Source of the DNA: Chara braunii
Lineage: Eukaryota; Plantae; Charophyceae
Direction of reading: 5' to 3'
NCBI GenBank assembly: GCA_003427395.1
Contig: BFEA01000034.1
Coordinates: forward strand, 1,896,934 to 1,960,933
Length of the DNA stretch: 64,000 nucleotides
Shown: positions 36,270 through 47,830 of the stretch, in pieces
Layout of the letters: the number at the start of each line of letters is the position of its first letter
Position numbering within the stretch: the stretch's first letter is position 1
The notes under the pieces: model-generated
Databases searched by the model: none
Seen by the model: the letters and a program-made list of their open reading frames with translations, nothing else
What the model was told of the DNA's origin: nothing
Program-made: the position numbers and the translations under genes

Positions 36270-39035
36270 CTACCACCTACACAGCCGCTTCATCCATCCA
36301 CCCCATGAAGGGGCGCGTTTTCGAACAAACCCTGCTATACGCCCATTAAACATCTCAGCTGGGTAGTCTTGCATTCGCAGCTGTCTCTTCATAGTCAACA
36401 AAGCAAGACCAGCAATGTCATCAGCAGACGTCATCCCTCTGATCCGGTGTAACGTACTCGTAATTACGGCCGTCTTTTGCAGATTCATCGAGAACGAGTC
36501 AAAGTCTTGGAACGTGCGGTACGACAGTTCACCATCACTCCAAACCTGCTCGTAGTTCTTTGGATGGCTTCGGCAAGAAACCGTATTCTTGGCAATCTCA
36601 ACTCTTGTTCCTAAAAATCCCAGGTGCCTTTGCCTTGGTCAGTCTTCTTCAGTGTTACCTGCTTGTCATAAGCATTGTCGAATTTACTTATGACTTCAAG
36701 GCACCGCGTGCCACCATTCCTCGTCGGGCACCAGACGAAGATGGATACATCATCAATGAGCCTCGTTCCCTTTACGAGATTCCTATCAGCTCCCAAGCTC
36801 ATGAGGAACTGATATTCGTTCATAGCACACAAGATACAAGCCAATGGAGGGTTGCTGCTCTTCCCCATTGGGATACATACCCGTTGCTGAATCAGCCTGT
36901 CTGAAGAGAACAAGTACGTGTGACTTAGCTTATAATCCACCATACTCCTAATGGTTTCGAGCTTCACTTCCATCCACCACTCATTCCCTGCTTTATTTGC
37001 AAAAGCTGAACCTTTCCCCCTTCTTCTAATACTCACACCTGCCCATCCTTTCATCCCATCCCATTCCAGGATCCATTCTACAGCGATTGGAATGGAATCA
37101 TGAGGCAGCTGGCTGAACATTTCCTCGGTATCATAAGCTGCTCCCACCAGCACTCCTTTCCCTTTTGAGCGGACCCAAGCATTCACTTCACCAATTCTGT
37201 CTTTCAGCAGATTAGTCGACTTGAGATTAAAGTGCTCTGACTTTGGGAGCAGAAAGAGCAGATGGTTGAGAGCCCTTGCTACTCTTCCTCCTGCCATCTT
37301 CGTTGGTTATCTGACAAAAACGGATTATATCCTTCTGTTTAGGAATGATATTCTCGCGTCCACACGTACCACTTCGATCCCATTTCCCCAGTACCTCCAA
37401 ACCCCGCTCCTTATTGGCAGCTTCGCATTTGACAAGCACTTCGGCTTCAGTTTCCCATACCGCAGAAAAACTCTGATTACCCCAGAATGTGTCGTGCATC
37501 CCCTCAGCATATATGTGCGGACACATCCTAACAGTTTCTGTTGAGTTTCTGTCAACCGCCGTTAGTACCAGCCCACCAAACATTTCCTTGCACTTCCGAA
37601 CCTCCTCCATCAACCTTCGGTCATGATCCCTCTGCCCATTCCAACAACGAGCAATCTCATCCAACTGTGCTGTCGATTTAACCCGATGACATCCCGCATA
37701 AATTTACCCCCCCTTGTACTACCCTCAACTGGAACTATGTTACGAGCATTCTTGACGAATGTATGAACTGATCCTAAGTCACTAATTTTGCAAGTCACGT
37801 GACCCTCCACCTTCAGGAGGGCGATGTCTGCGCAAGCGCAGACTCCCACCTTCCGCTGAGCTGCAGATCGGTGGTCATGAAGTATGTCGCCAACGGTTGG
37901 ATTTTTCTTCCAGACCATCAACAGCCTTCGACACATGAAAGCAGCGAGTGACTCAGGTAGCTCTGTTCGTAACTAATTTTCAACCATTTCCCGTACTTCT
38001 TTCATAGATATCCCCATATCGAAAGTGACTGAAACACATACCTTCTTCCTGATATTAAATCGAAATTTCTGCCAGATAACTCCTGCCAGAATCTCCTCAA
38101 GAGTCGAGCGGGAAGCCATTCTAGACAACATCCAATTGCTGATACCAGTTTCATCAGCTGATCAATCCCATATCTGTACAGTTTTTACTTGTTCCATTTG
38201 TTCCGGATGAGTTGGTATAGCTCACGCTTCAACTTAGCCTTCTCAGCCGACAACTTTCTCTCCCGTAAATCAACTACCTCGAACACAGCTCCTTCCTCAA
38301 ACTTACTCCTCAAATCTACGACCGACTTAATCTCAGTTCCTGTTCGGACGATAGTTGCGCCCATCTCTTTAGTGATGATTTCCCACTTCTGCCCCCAAAT
38401 CTTTCTCCCTTCTGACTTGAACCTTTTCCCTCCTTTCCAAGCAGTAATACAAACTCGAGTTAACTTAACAGATCTCAACCCTTCGGTTTCGAAAACAATA
38501 GGCAGTTCCTTAATTACATTGTGACCTCTCCCTTTCCTCCTCTCCTTCCTCCCCTTCCTATTTTTTTTCCTCTTCCTTTTGCCTCCACCCCTGGAGTTAA
38601 GAGACAGAGACCATTTTCTAATATAAACCCGTTCTACTTGTTCAAGGTCTTGGGCAGGAGCGAATGCAATAGGGATAGCAATGTAATCCAAGGCACCGGA
38701 GTGTCTAAGCCGATTATACAGCTTTGCATTACGGTTGCTACCCTTATGATTTGCTCTGTACAAGTGCTCCTCCCAGCGTGTAAACAGGCTTCACCTCGTA
38801 TGGCCAATATAAACTGCACTCGAGCCTGGATTCAACAACATGTAAATGCACTCCTTAGGATCCTCCCAACAGGTGAGGTTTGAACAAACCAAATCAAACC
38901 AATTACCTGCAAATTTCGCTCCCCACTGTAGTTCCCCATGTAGAACCAATAACAGAATTAAATATCTTACAGCACCGGTTGGAAATGCGCATTGTGGTAT
39001 GAGGTTGTGGGTTCAAAACTCCGCAGCCTCGTGCA
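36270..39035 (-). pseudogene. PLE polyprotein (GIY-YIG endonuclease plus reverse transcriptase) with stops and frameshifts
   Basis: CIYMLLNPGSSAVYIGHTR*SLFTRWEEH (38850-38765) and EQVERVYIRKWSLSLN (GIY-YIG); linker NPTVGDILHDH..CAC..GHV; RT motifs AYDTEEMFSQLPH, QRVCIPMGKSSNP, RLIDD (36749-36763), WDF. Confidence 0.9.
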
Positions 39036-39307
39036 TGGACACCGGCAGGGCGTTAGAATGACGCACGGTGAGTGAGCTGCGCTAGCGCTAGCGCCCCGAC
39101 GCCGGCGGACCAGTAGGGCCCAGTCACCCCGGCTCGACTAGCGCCTGGGGAGAACAGCTCCCCGGCTGCTGGGCCTGTGTACATGCCCGATAGGTGCGAG
39201 GTGGCCTGCGGCCACGTAGCGCCTGTTGTTTGGTGACAATTGACGTCCCGTGACATGTCAGCAGGGGTAGCGCCAGCCGTGGGACTACAAGGAGTAGAAC
39301 TGAGTGA

Positions 39308-39748
39308 GTGGCGCAGCTAATGGGGGGAGAGATTGATTGGGTGGGGAAGCTACAACAACAAGCAGAAGAATGGATTACCACACTGGAGGGATGCAAGCAG
39401 ATGCAGACGATAGCGGGGCTGCTTATGCAGCGGCAGCACGAAAGGGGGGAGATCGATGGGGAAGCGATTTCGATGGAACAGTGGTTGGAAGATAGGATTC
39501 ATGAGTTGTTAGATATCTTGTGGGAGCTGGAGGATGGGCCGGATTCCCGGCTCGGTGGCTACATCGACTGGAGACGGGTCGATGGCAGGTTGGCTGCTTG
39601 CAGAACCCTTTTCACATTTGGGCGAGATTTACGCAATCAGTTGGAGTATCGATATGGATTGCTGGCAGATGAAGATGATTGCAGCGAAAACATCAGTTAC
39701 AGCGACATCAACGATAGGGACGGGGTCAACAATAACAATGATGGGTGA
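39308..39748 (+). CDS. Orphan helical/acidic ORF (146 aa), probably belonging to a retroposon
   Basis: Protein-like amphipathic sequence (EQWLEDRIHELLDILWELED); no family recognised; followed by (AAC)n and, ~1.4 kb later, a structured poly(A) end. Confidence 0.35.
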   Translation: MAQLMGGEIDWVGKLQQQAEEWITTLEGCKQMQTIAGLLMQRQHERGEIDGEAISMEQWLEDRIHELLDILWELEDGPDSRLGGYIDWRRVDGRLAACRTLFTFGRDLRNQLEYRYGLLADEDDCSENISYSDINDRDGVNNNNDG

Positions 39749-39811
39749 CGTCCACGGCTGCAGCACGATGGGAGAGATACAGCAGGTGGACGTGGAAGAT
39801 AATGGAGACGT

Positions 39812-39812
39812 C

Positions 39813-39857
<45 letters not shown>

Positions 39858-40090
39858 ATCAACTGCAGCAACAACAACAAAAACGATGGTGCGCAGGGAT
39901 TGGGATTGGGCGAAATGGGCGAAGGGGATGTGAAGGTTGACAGTAACATCAACAACGATGGTGAGAACAACAACGACGACCACGCCAACAACAACACGAC
40001 ATCAACAACAACAACAACAACAACAACACCAACAACAGTAACAACAACAGAGCGAAAACACCAACACATCAACACAAGCAACAACAACAA
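39812..40090. repeat. (AAC)n microsatellite tracts
   Basis: Direct observation. Confidence 0.9.
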
Positions 40091-41036
40091 TGATTGATGC
40101 TGACGGTGGTGCTTATCCTCGTCACGGCATCGGCGACCATGGCGAGAGGGAAGATGCCCCTGATGAGGCAGATGAGTGTGGGGTGGAATTGGGGCTAATG
40201 GCAACGGCGGTGGTGACAACAACAACAACGGCGACGCCCAGCGTCGCCACAATGATAGCAGAAGAACTAAAGCTAATAATAGCTACAGCACCAGGGAAGT
40301 GGGGGGCAGCTAGCAGCTTGGTTGGGCTGGCGAGGTGGGAGTTGTGGTTGAAGGTCAGAATTACCGATCCTTCCCAGTCCTACCCGGTGTTTCATCATGC
40401 TGATTTGTCTTTCTTTTTTTGGCACCGGGGTGTAGGATAGATGACCTCCCCCTCGCCCATTAGGATGATTGGCTCTCAACCCTCATGCCCTCATCTCTCA
40501 ATCATGCTGTTCGTCCCGTTGGTTGGCGGCGGGCTGATTAGCGGATAGTTGGCAGGAGGTCAATCCTTCCCTGCGCAGGGAAGTAATCAATGCCCCCTGT
40601 TCGTTTCACATGATAATGCATATTGGTTGCTGGACTTGACGTTCACATCATATGTCTTTCACTATTGATAGAGCTCTGTTTTTTAGATATGTTTGACAAA
40701 GATCATATACATCATATTGAGCTTTGGTTTCGGGTTTATAGTTTGATAGATATAGAATAAAGACATATATTGGCAGCTCCTGACTGTTGGATACAGTACA
40801 CAACATGGTATAGGGATGCTGGGCCCGATTTCCAGCAGATACAAATCACATTAGTGTAATACACATTACATCATGATTAGGGTTTCGCCTGATAGGATTG
40901 ATGTCTCAGTCTGTTGGCGAGGTTCTGTAGATCAGATGGACAGGGACGCTGGACCCGTTTTCCAGCACATACATTCACACCATCGCATACGGACGCTGGA
41001 CCTGATTTCCAGCAGATATATTTTCATATTTGTATA

Positions 41037-41200
41037 GGGACGCTGGACCCGATTTCCAGCAGGTGTAGCTCCCCACCAATAGATGGAGCCTTCAACGCTG
41101 GGGCCTACTTACAGGGGATGCTCCTATCACCTCGTTAAGTAGGTTTCCCATTTACAAAGTTTTCAACCAAAAAAAAAAAAAAAAACATGCAAAAAAAAAA
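41037..41200 (+). other. Structured 3'-terminal module plus poly(A) (copy A)
   Basis: Homologous to 48303-48410, 48774-48827 and 32682-32784 (all minus); preceded by three hairpin-only copies at ~40812, ~40942 and ~40991. Confidence 0.7.
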
Positions 41201-42305
41201 CGTAACCATTTAAAACCTACTGCATGCTGAGCGTGGAGTTCTTTTCGTAAATTTAAATAAGTGCCCAGCTCCAGCCACAACTCAGAAGTCCTATGGATCA
41301 TCAATCCCTGGATTACCTCCCTCTGCGGGAGGTTCCTTGGCTTCCTCATCAGGTTCATCCTGCTGCATTTCCCGGATCGTGATACCAGCCGCACGTGGCC
41401 TCGGTACAGGCGCAGCAGGAACCACGGCTTGCGGCGGCGCTTGCCTACTAAAGTACATGGAACAGCGGGAGATAGCCCGGAGATGGGACGAAGCAAAACG
41501 GGGCAAGAAGAAAGCTTCATGAAAGGGGACAAGGCGGGGACGAGCAAACTCGGTGAGAGGAGGCACCCTGAGCACTCAGCCTCTTCCTTTGGGGCCCCGG
41601 GTGGCTACAACCCCTAGGTGAAGGAAGCGGACGTGTACGGAGGTTTGCGTCATCGAATCACCCTCCCATCTCGACCCCCCCTTCGTTTGATTTTTCAACC
41701 TCTTCCTTTTCCTCCCCCTCCCCTCAATCCTTATTGCCCACCAATTGCTCTTTACCCAGTCTTAATTTCCTCCCCCTCCCTATACCTCGTTTTTGTAAGT
41801 CCTTCCTCATCCCTTCCCCCTAACATCCTCCCCCTTCCTGAGCTCCCTGTTCCACATCGGATCTGCGATTTACAACGAAAGAATTGATTGAAGGTTAGTC
41901 AAAGAAAAAAGAGACGTCTGAAGAGAAAGGAGATTAAAGATCAAAGAACTCGTTAGGAGAATTAGGAAGACTCAAATAATCTGCTAGAGAAAAGAGCAGA
42001 GGTCAATTAGGGCACGGATTCCCAGGTCCGCGACAATTCCCTCTTGGGGATGGCTAGTTTGAAGAGTGAGGCGAGACGTCGCAAAGGGAGAGGGCATGCA
42101 TCACCATTTTTGCACTACAGGGCCATGTGGCATTACTCAAGCAGTAAGCAACTCCCAAGGGGAAAGGAGAGGTTGGAGCAAGATGAGGTTGTCGAGGCTT
42201 CAAGTTCTCAGCCGCCCTGTCCAAACGTTGCTAAAGGAGATGACGAACGCACAAAAGGAAGATCCCCCCCCTCCTGCTTCCACCTAGGCTGGCAAGCTCA
42301 AGCGG

Positions 42306-43545
42306 ATGTATAGCGGTCATACCCTACCGGTCAAGAGGGAGGAGGAAGGGGAGAATGACCTCGAGATCCCCCTCGATAACCTCACAACGGTGTCGGCCTT
42401 TTTCATTTCAAAATTTCTGGCCGTCCCAGAAGACAGACTAATTAATCAAGGAGGGAAGAAGCATCGGGTCAAAGCCCTGCCAGAGGTCACACTAAAGGAA
42501 CAGGATATGGTATACACACGGCATGCAAGCGTTTGGGTGTTTTATGATGACGTAGCCTACAAATCGGCAAATGACAAGGTTGGATGGATGAGGAAGAGGC
42601 TTGTTACCCTGAAAGGATCAGAGGAGGGCGCACATGACTTCTTCTTGATCCAGCCAATCTCTTCGACAGTCTTCACTGTGTTGTGTGTGTTTGACTTTGA
42701 CAAAAGAATCATGGATGCATGGCGAAGTATCCCCTGCGGCCGTTCTGAGGTGCGGATTTTTCCCTTGTCCCCGCCCAAACAACCAAAACTAGAGGAGAAG
42801 AGGGATCAGCTGATGTCTGAATTTTATTGGGTGGAATTTCGCCATTTGCCTATTGAAATCCAAAGGGCGTTCGTGCAGGAGCTCGCCCAAAAATACGAGA
42901 TTGTCAATTTCATTGACCCCCTCCCCTCGTATGTGGCCCCAAGGGATGATTACCTTATGATAGCCCTAGATCTGCCCAAGGAACACGTGTTTGCGATAGA
43001 TGACGTGGTCCTTTTTCAGGTAGGGGGAAGAGATTATCGAATTCATGCCGCACACAAAACCAGGCCGTGGTGCTTCAAGTGCCAGGCGTACGACCATCTC
43101 CTGTCTGACCCTGGTTGCCCCCACCACCAAGCAAAACGGATCAGGTCTACGGGACGGCTGTTACGGGACCCGTTCCAGGCTACTCGATGGAGAACAGGAC
43201 CCAGGGCACGAAGGTTGGGTTTATGTGGATGAACCCCGGGAGGATGGAGGAGTTAAGGGGTGGGAGTGGGAGAAAAAGGAGGCGGTAAATTGGGGTACCA
43301 CACCGTCGGAGCAGTGGACTCCCCCCCAGTCCGCGGAGGTTCGTATGGAGGGGAGCATCACTACACCCTCTCCTCCCCTCCCCCCCCCCCCCCNCCTCCA
43401 AGAGACTGGGGGGGGACCGCGAGGGATGACGAAACCCCGGCCTCAAGACTTTATCACCCCACGGGACCCAGGGGAAGTATGGCACTCCCCGCCTCCAAAA
43501 AAGACAGCACGCCTCAAGAAATTGCCAAAAGCAAGAAGCACTTAG
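42306..43545 (+). pseudogene. LINE ORF1 (gag-like, zinc knuckle), frameshifted near 43200
   Basis: YWVEFRHLPIE (plant L1 ORF1 WV...LP motif) and PWCFKCQAYDHLLSDPGC. Confidence 0.75.
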
Positions 43546-44069
43546 GAAAAACAGACAAACGCCCGCGATGGCATGACTAATCAGTTCACATCCCTGGTGA
43601 GAGGGGAGGGAACAGAGTATGTGCTGCAACTAAAGGATCAAGAACAGAAGGAGGCGAACCAGCAAGAAGAGTGAGAAGGGCAGGCAAACAAGATGAACAG
43701 ACAAGGGGACAATAGGGGTGGGGGGGACACGTGACCACAGAAGGAGAAACATCATCAACAAAACCAGGCACGAGAGGCAGACCCCCTTGCTTGGGCCTTT
43801 GACTCTCAACCTATGGACTGGGAACCACCAATTGTCCCTCCGGAGGTGGAAATGACAGACAGTGTCCAAGAAGGCTGTGGGCAGCAAGGGGATCAAGACA
43901 TGGAAATAAACCTGAGAAGCCTTGTAGACTGGCTATCAGCCGGCTTAAAACGTTGCACATACACCAAACAGACCTGTTCTGGGACGAAGTTTGCATCCAC
44001 CACTTCCCATTGTTTGACGGGAGCTCGACCTTGAAGCAAGCGCTGGAACAAGGCTTACCCCCGAAGATT

Positions 44070-45900
44070 AGTTGGTGGGTAGAGCACTGGCAATGCCATA
44101 TTTGCGGCAATATGGTATGAAGTGGCCTTCTGGCAATGAAGCAGGAGGCAATTAATGACACTAAAACGGGCAGTGTCCGCATACCTCTGGCGAGGGGACC
44201 ATGAATACACCACGTGTATCAGGAGGGTGGCATGGGACATCATCACATAACCACGAGCCAAGGGGGGGTTAGGCATAATCGACCCGGAGAATGAAACAAA
44301 AGCGATGATTTCTTAATTCCTAATAAAATGGTTGTTAGGCAATGATATCCCCTGGGCACCATATGCAGCCATCCAAATCTCTGCCATGGCCCCACAATTC
44401 ACAGATAGCAACTGAGTCCATCCACTATAACGGCTAACTAACAAATACTGGTCGATCCCGACACCACATCGAAACAGAAGGGATGAGACGCCCGCCTCCA
44501 CTGCCAAGTAGGACCTCAAGCCCGACCCCCAATGGGTAGACATGCTGCGGACCGGCCCAAAAACCTGTCCCGATCAGATGGGACGAAATATGGAGACAAC
44601 CTCTGTTTGGGAACCCATCCATACTAGATCACACAGGTAAACCATTCTGGCTGCAAACGGGCTCGAGATGGCTCCCCTGGGTGAGAAAAGGGATATACAC
44701 AGTGGCTGATCTGTGGAATGTCCACGCAAGTACGTGGCTATCTGTCCAGGACCTTCGACAAAAGCTTCACCACGTCAGAAAGTCGGAAGAGGGACTGCAA
44801 GAGATCCAAGAGGCTATCCCCTTGGCATGGGTCCTGGAACTTAAAAGAGGCCCGACAATACGGCAAGGGGACTGGGTGGTACGACCAAAGGACAAGCTGA
44901 CCCCGTTGGTACTATACAATGTAGAGGCGGTTAACCCTCAAGAGGCGAGCCTTAAGGCATACACACCATGCCTCCCAGGGGAAAGATGGTCCAAACTGGA
45001 CCGTCAAGATGGCCTCGACCGTCAGACACCTGCCACAGGACTTGTTAGAATATGTGTGATCAATGACAGTGGCAATGGACCCTTCGTGTATGAGCCGGGC
45101 ATCCCCCTCTCCCAACTGCCATTCGACCCACAAGAATGGGAATGGAACAGGGGGGACTCCCGTAAACTGCAGATATGGCAGTACAAGAGTAAAGGATGGA
45201 CACAAAACAGCAAAGAAATCGGCACACATATCCGAACCAATCAGACTGCGGTGGGCAAGCGACTCGCCGACACAATCAGGTGGGCCACATACTTGGCTAT
45301 ACGACCTACTAACCTGCGTGCGCTCCGGTGGCAGATCATCCACAGGTGTCTACCTACCCCAGACTGGATTGTGTCTAGAACGAATGTGGAAGCTCAAGGT
45401 GTGCTGTCTCCACTCTGCACCTACTGCAGGGGGACCTTCCCCAAGAAACGAGCTACGCTCGAACACTGCCTGGTGGACTGCACCATGGTCGCTCAGCTCT
45501 GGCAATGGCGGGATGCAGCATGGCACCATCTAACGAGCAACCACCTCCCATGGGATCTCAAGATCATTCTGTTGGGGGAAACACCCCGCTAAGGGTTAGG
45601 TGGACATCCTTCAGCCTTAACCTGCTGACTGTAACACGACTACCAATGTTAGTGGCAGCGTGGCGAATGAGATGTGCGCATGAGCACAGGCAACACACAT
45701 ATGGCTATATAGAGGTTAGGGCCTCGATTCTAGATACAATCATCGTCAACGCACAGGCAGCTTGGCAAGAGGTCAGAAATATGCTGCGGAAGGAACCAGA
45801 TATAAACAAACGGAATGAACTCTCTGATAACTTCCGGTCTATCTGGGTGAACAGTGCAGAAAAAACTCTGCGAATTAGATCAAGACAACCAACTGCGATG
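44070..45900 (+). pseudogene. LINE ORF2 C-terminal half (post-RT region plus zf-RVT)
   Basis: YLWRG..RRVAWDIIT*PRAKGGLGIIDP (44180-44286), QPLFGNPSI, KGIYTVADLW, WQIIHRCLPT..CTYC..TLEHCLVDC..AQLW. Confidence 0.88.
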
Positions 45901-46462
45901 GAAACAGTGGATGCTAACGGAATCACAATGGGAACGCTTACCGAGAAACCATTTTCAGTTCCATTTGGAACCGACCAATTTCATCCCTCTCCCGGCCTGA
46001 AAACATTCGACACACACCCGGATCTGCTCCCTTCCCACCCCCTAATACCCCATCCCCTGGACCTCTCCAACCCTCCACTCCTTACTCCCCTAAACCCTCC
46101 CTCAACCTTGCCCCGCGACCCTCCCTCCCCGCCCACACCCGCTCCCCACTCACTATGCAGAAGGCCGGCCAAGCAGGGACTCCCCACTGGAGGAGCAACA
46201 AAGGGGATTACTCCCCGGAGGCAGGAGATGAAGTCACCACCCACGTCCGGGCAATGAAACCAGACCACACCGTGATGAGCCTTAGATGACAAGATACATC
46301 AATTCTCGGACAACACACTGCTCCCCACAGCAGGAAGGTTGGCACAGCAATGGAGATAGAACTTAAGGATGATTATGCATCGACATCGACAACGACATCG
46401 ACAACGCAATGACATGGGTTTATGGGTGGGTGGGAACAGAGGGGGGCCGAGGCCACTGAAGG

Positions 46463-46700
46463 CACACCACGCTGATGATTGGGTTTTGGGAGGGAAGGAA
46501 CATAAGGATGGCCATAGGGTTAAGGGTTTTACGGGGGTGTGGGTCTCATCGGATGGAGGACGGGTGTATGGGGCTCGACGGAAGCCACACCACACTGATA
46601 ATTGGGTTTTGGGTGGGAGGGAACATAAGGACGGCCATAGGGTTAAGGGTTTAACGGGGTTGCGGATCTCATCGGATGGAGGACGGATGTATGGGGCTCG
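46463..46700. repeat. Two-copy ~123-bp tandem duplication
   Basis: CACACCAC.CTGAT.ATTGGGTTTTGGG...GGAACATAAGGA.GGCCATAGGGTTAAGGGTTT...ATGGGGCTCGA occurs twice. Confidence 0.9.
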
Positions 46701-47243
46701 AATCACCAGGCCTGGTCGATACCACTACACGAAGCACAACCCAACAGATTACAATGGGAAAGAGTTCCAACATAATGCAACAAGCAGATAGATTGTAATC
46801 GAAAAAAAAGAAAAAAAAGAAAAAAGAAAAGGGCACAGGGGCTTCCTGAGGGCCTCTGCCCAGAACATGTGCATGTCTGATAAGGGCCCAGCGAGGGCAT
46901 TCCTCGCACTATAATGGCCGGGCGTTCTATTCGGGTGAAGACGGGGATGCTGACTACGCCTTCTACATAGTCAACGAAGACAAGCTGTGTGATACTCATC
47001 ATCCCAGCCGCTGTGGAGCTTGTTGGTGCACACAAACTCCTCGGTGTGGTGGTTCCCACAGATGTGATGCACTCGAGAACGCAATCTGTGAAGGAGGCAA
47101 CATCGTCGATTGTCACATCTGCTAGTTCTTTCCAGAAAGATGGTTTCATGGGGGGGGGGGGGGGGAAGGAAAGAAAAAGAAAAAGAAAAAGAAAAAGATG
47201 GTTTGATGGGCGCTGTAATGGTTCTGCAGACAGACAACTCCAT

Positions 47244-47301
47244 CCTCTATGACAGACAAACCGCCAGTGGATATTCACTGGCGGTTTGTCTATCATAGAG
47301 G
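47244..47301. repeat. 58-bp near-perfect palindrome
   Basis: CCTCTATGACAGACAAACCGCCAGTG-GATATT-CACTGGCGGTTTGTCTATCATAGAGG; one mismatch in the arms. Confidence 0.92.
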
Positions 47302-47830
47302 ACTGGCTAACCCCCCATAATTTAAAGGGGGATTGTGTTTTGCCAGAGGGAACTGAATGACAGCATGGAGTGTGAAATTAATAAATTATGTAACATTTTT
47401 TCTTTATGCTTGCCGGGGATAAGCAACCGGACTGGCTACCCCCCCAGAATTTAAAGGGGGTTTGTGTTTTGCCAGAGGAAACTGAATGACAAAATGGGGT
47501 GGGAAATTAAACAACCAGTACTCGGCCCATACATCGGCCGTGGGGCGTTGTCGTTAACATCCCGCAACTTCCGGAGGCTCAGGGTACCGGCCCTCAAAGG
47601 CTGGCGCCGCCAGCCAAAACAATTTTTTTCTGGTTGCGCTGGCCGGTCGGCACGAAACGGCATGCAGCCCGTTTTCAGGCTCGGCATCGATAGCTGGGCC
47701 AAGTACTGGTGGCTTAATACATTATGTAACATTTGTTCTTTATGCTTGCCGGGGATAAGCAACCGGACTGGCTACCGCCCCCCCAAATTTAAAGGGGGTT
47801 TGTGTTTTCTGTCAAAAAAAAAAAAAAAAG
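47300..47830 (+). repeat. Three partially tandem retroposon-like 3' ends; the last has poly(A)
   Basis: GGACTGGCTA..CCCCC-AATTTAAA-GGGGG-TTGTGTTTT at ~47300, ~47429 and ~47765; the last two are preceded by TTATGCTTGCCGGGGATAAGCAACCGG. Confidence 0.8.

Larger units (their letters stand above)
34735..39050 (-). mobile_element. Penelope-like retroelement with N-terminal GIY-YIG endonuclease (Naiad/Chlamys-type), decayed
   Basis: EN-linker-RT-thumb order, a 3' hammerhead and a duplicated ~65-bp terminal unit at 34733-34865. Confidence 0.88.
41600..46830 (+). mobile_element. L1/Tx1-clade LINE with internal deletion of EN and RT
   Basis: ORF1 with zinc knuckle, followed almost directly by post-RT ORF2 motifs; A-rich tail at 46802-46830; both boundaries approximate. 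Confidence 0.8.

Noticed and set aside
38791-38793. In-frame TGA in GIY-YIG as selenocysteine recoding
   Set aside because: It falls at a position usually Arg (CGA>TGA decay), the ORF has other stops and frameshifts, and no SECIS was recognised.
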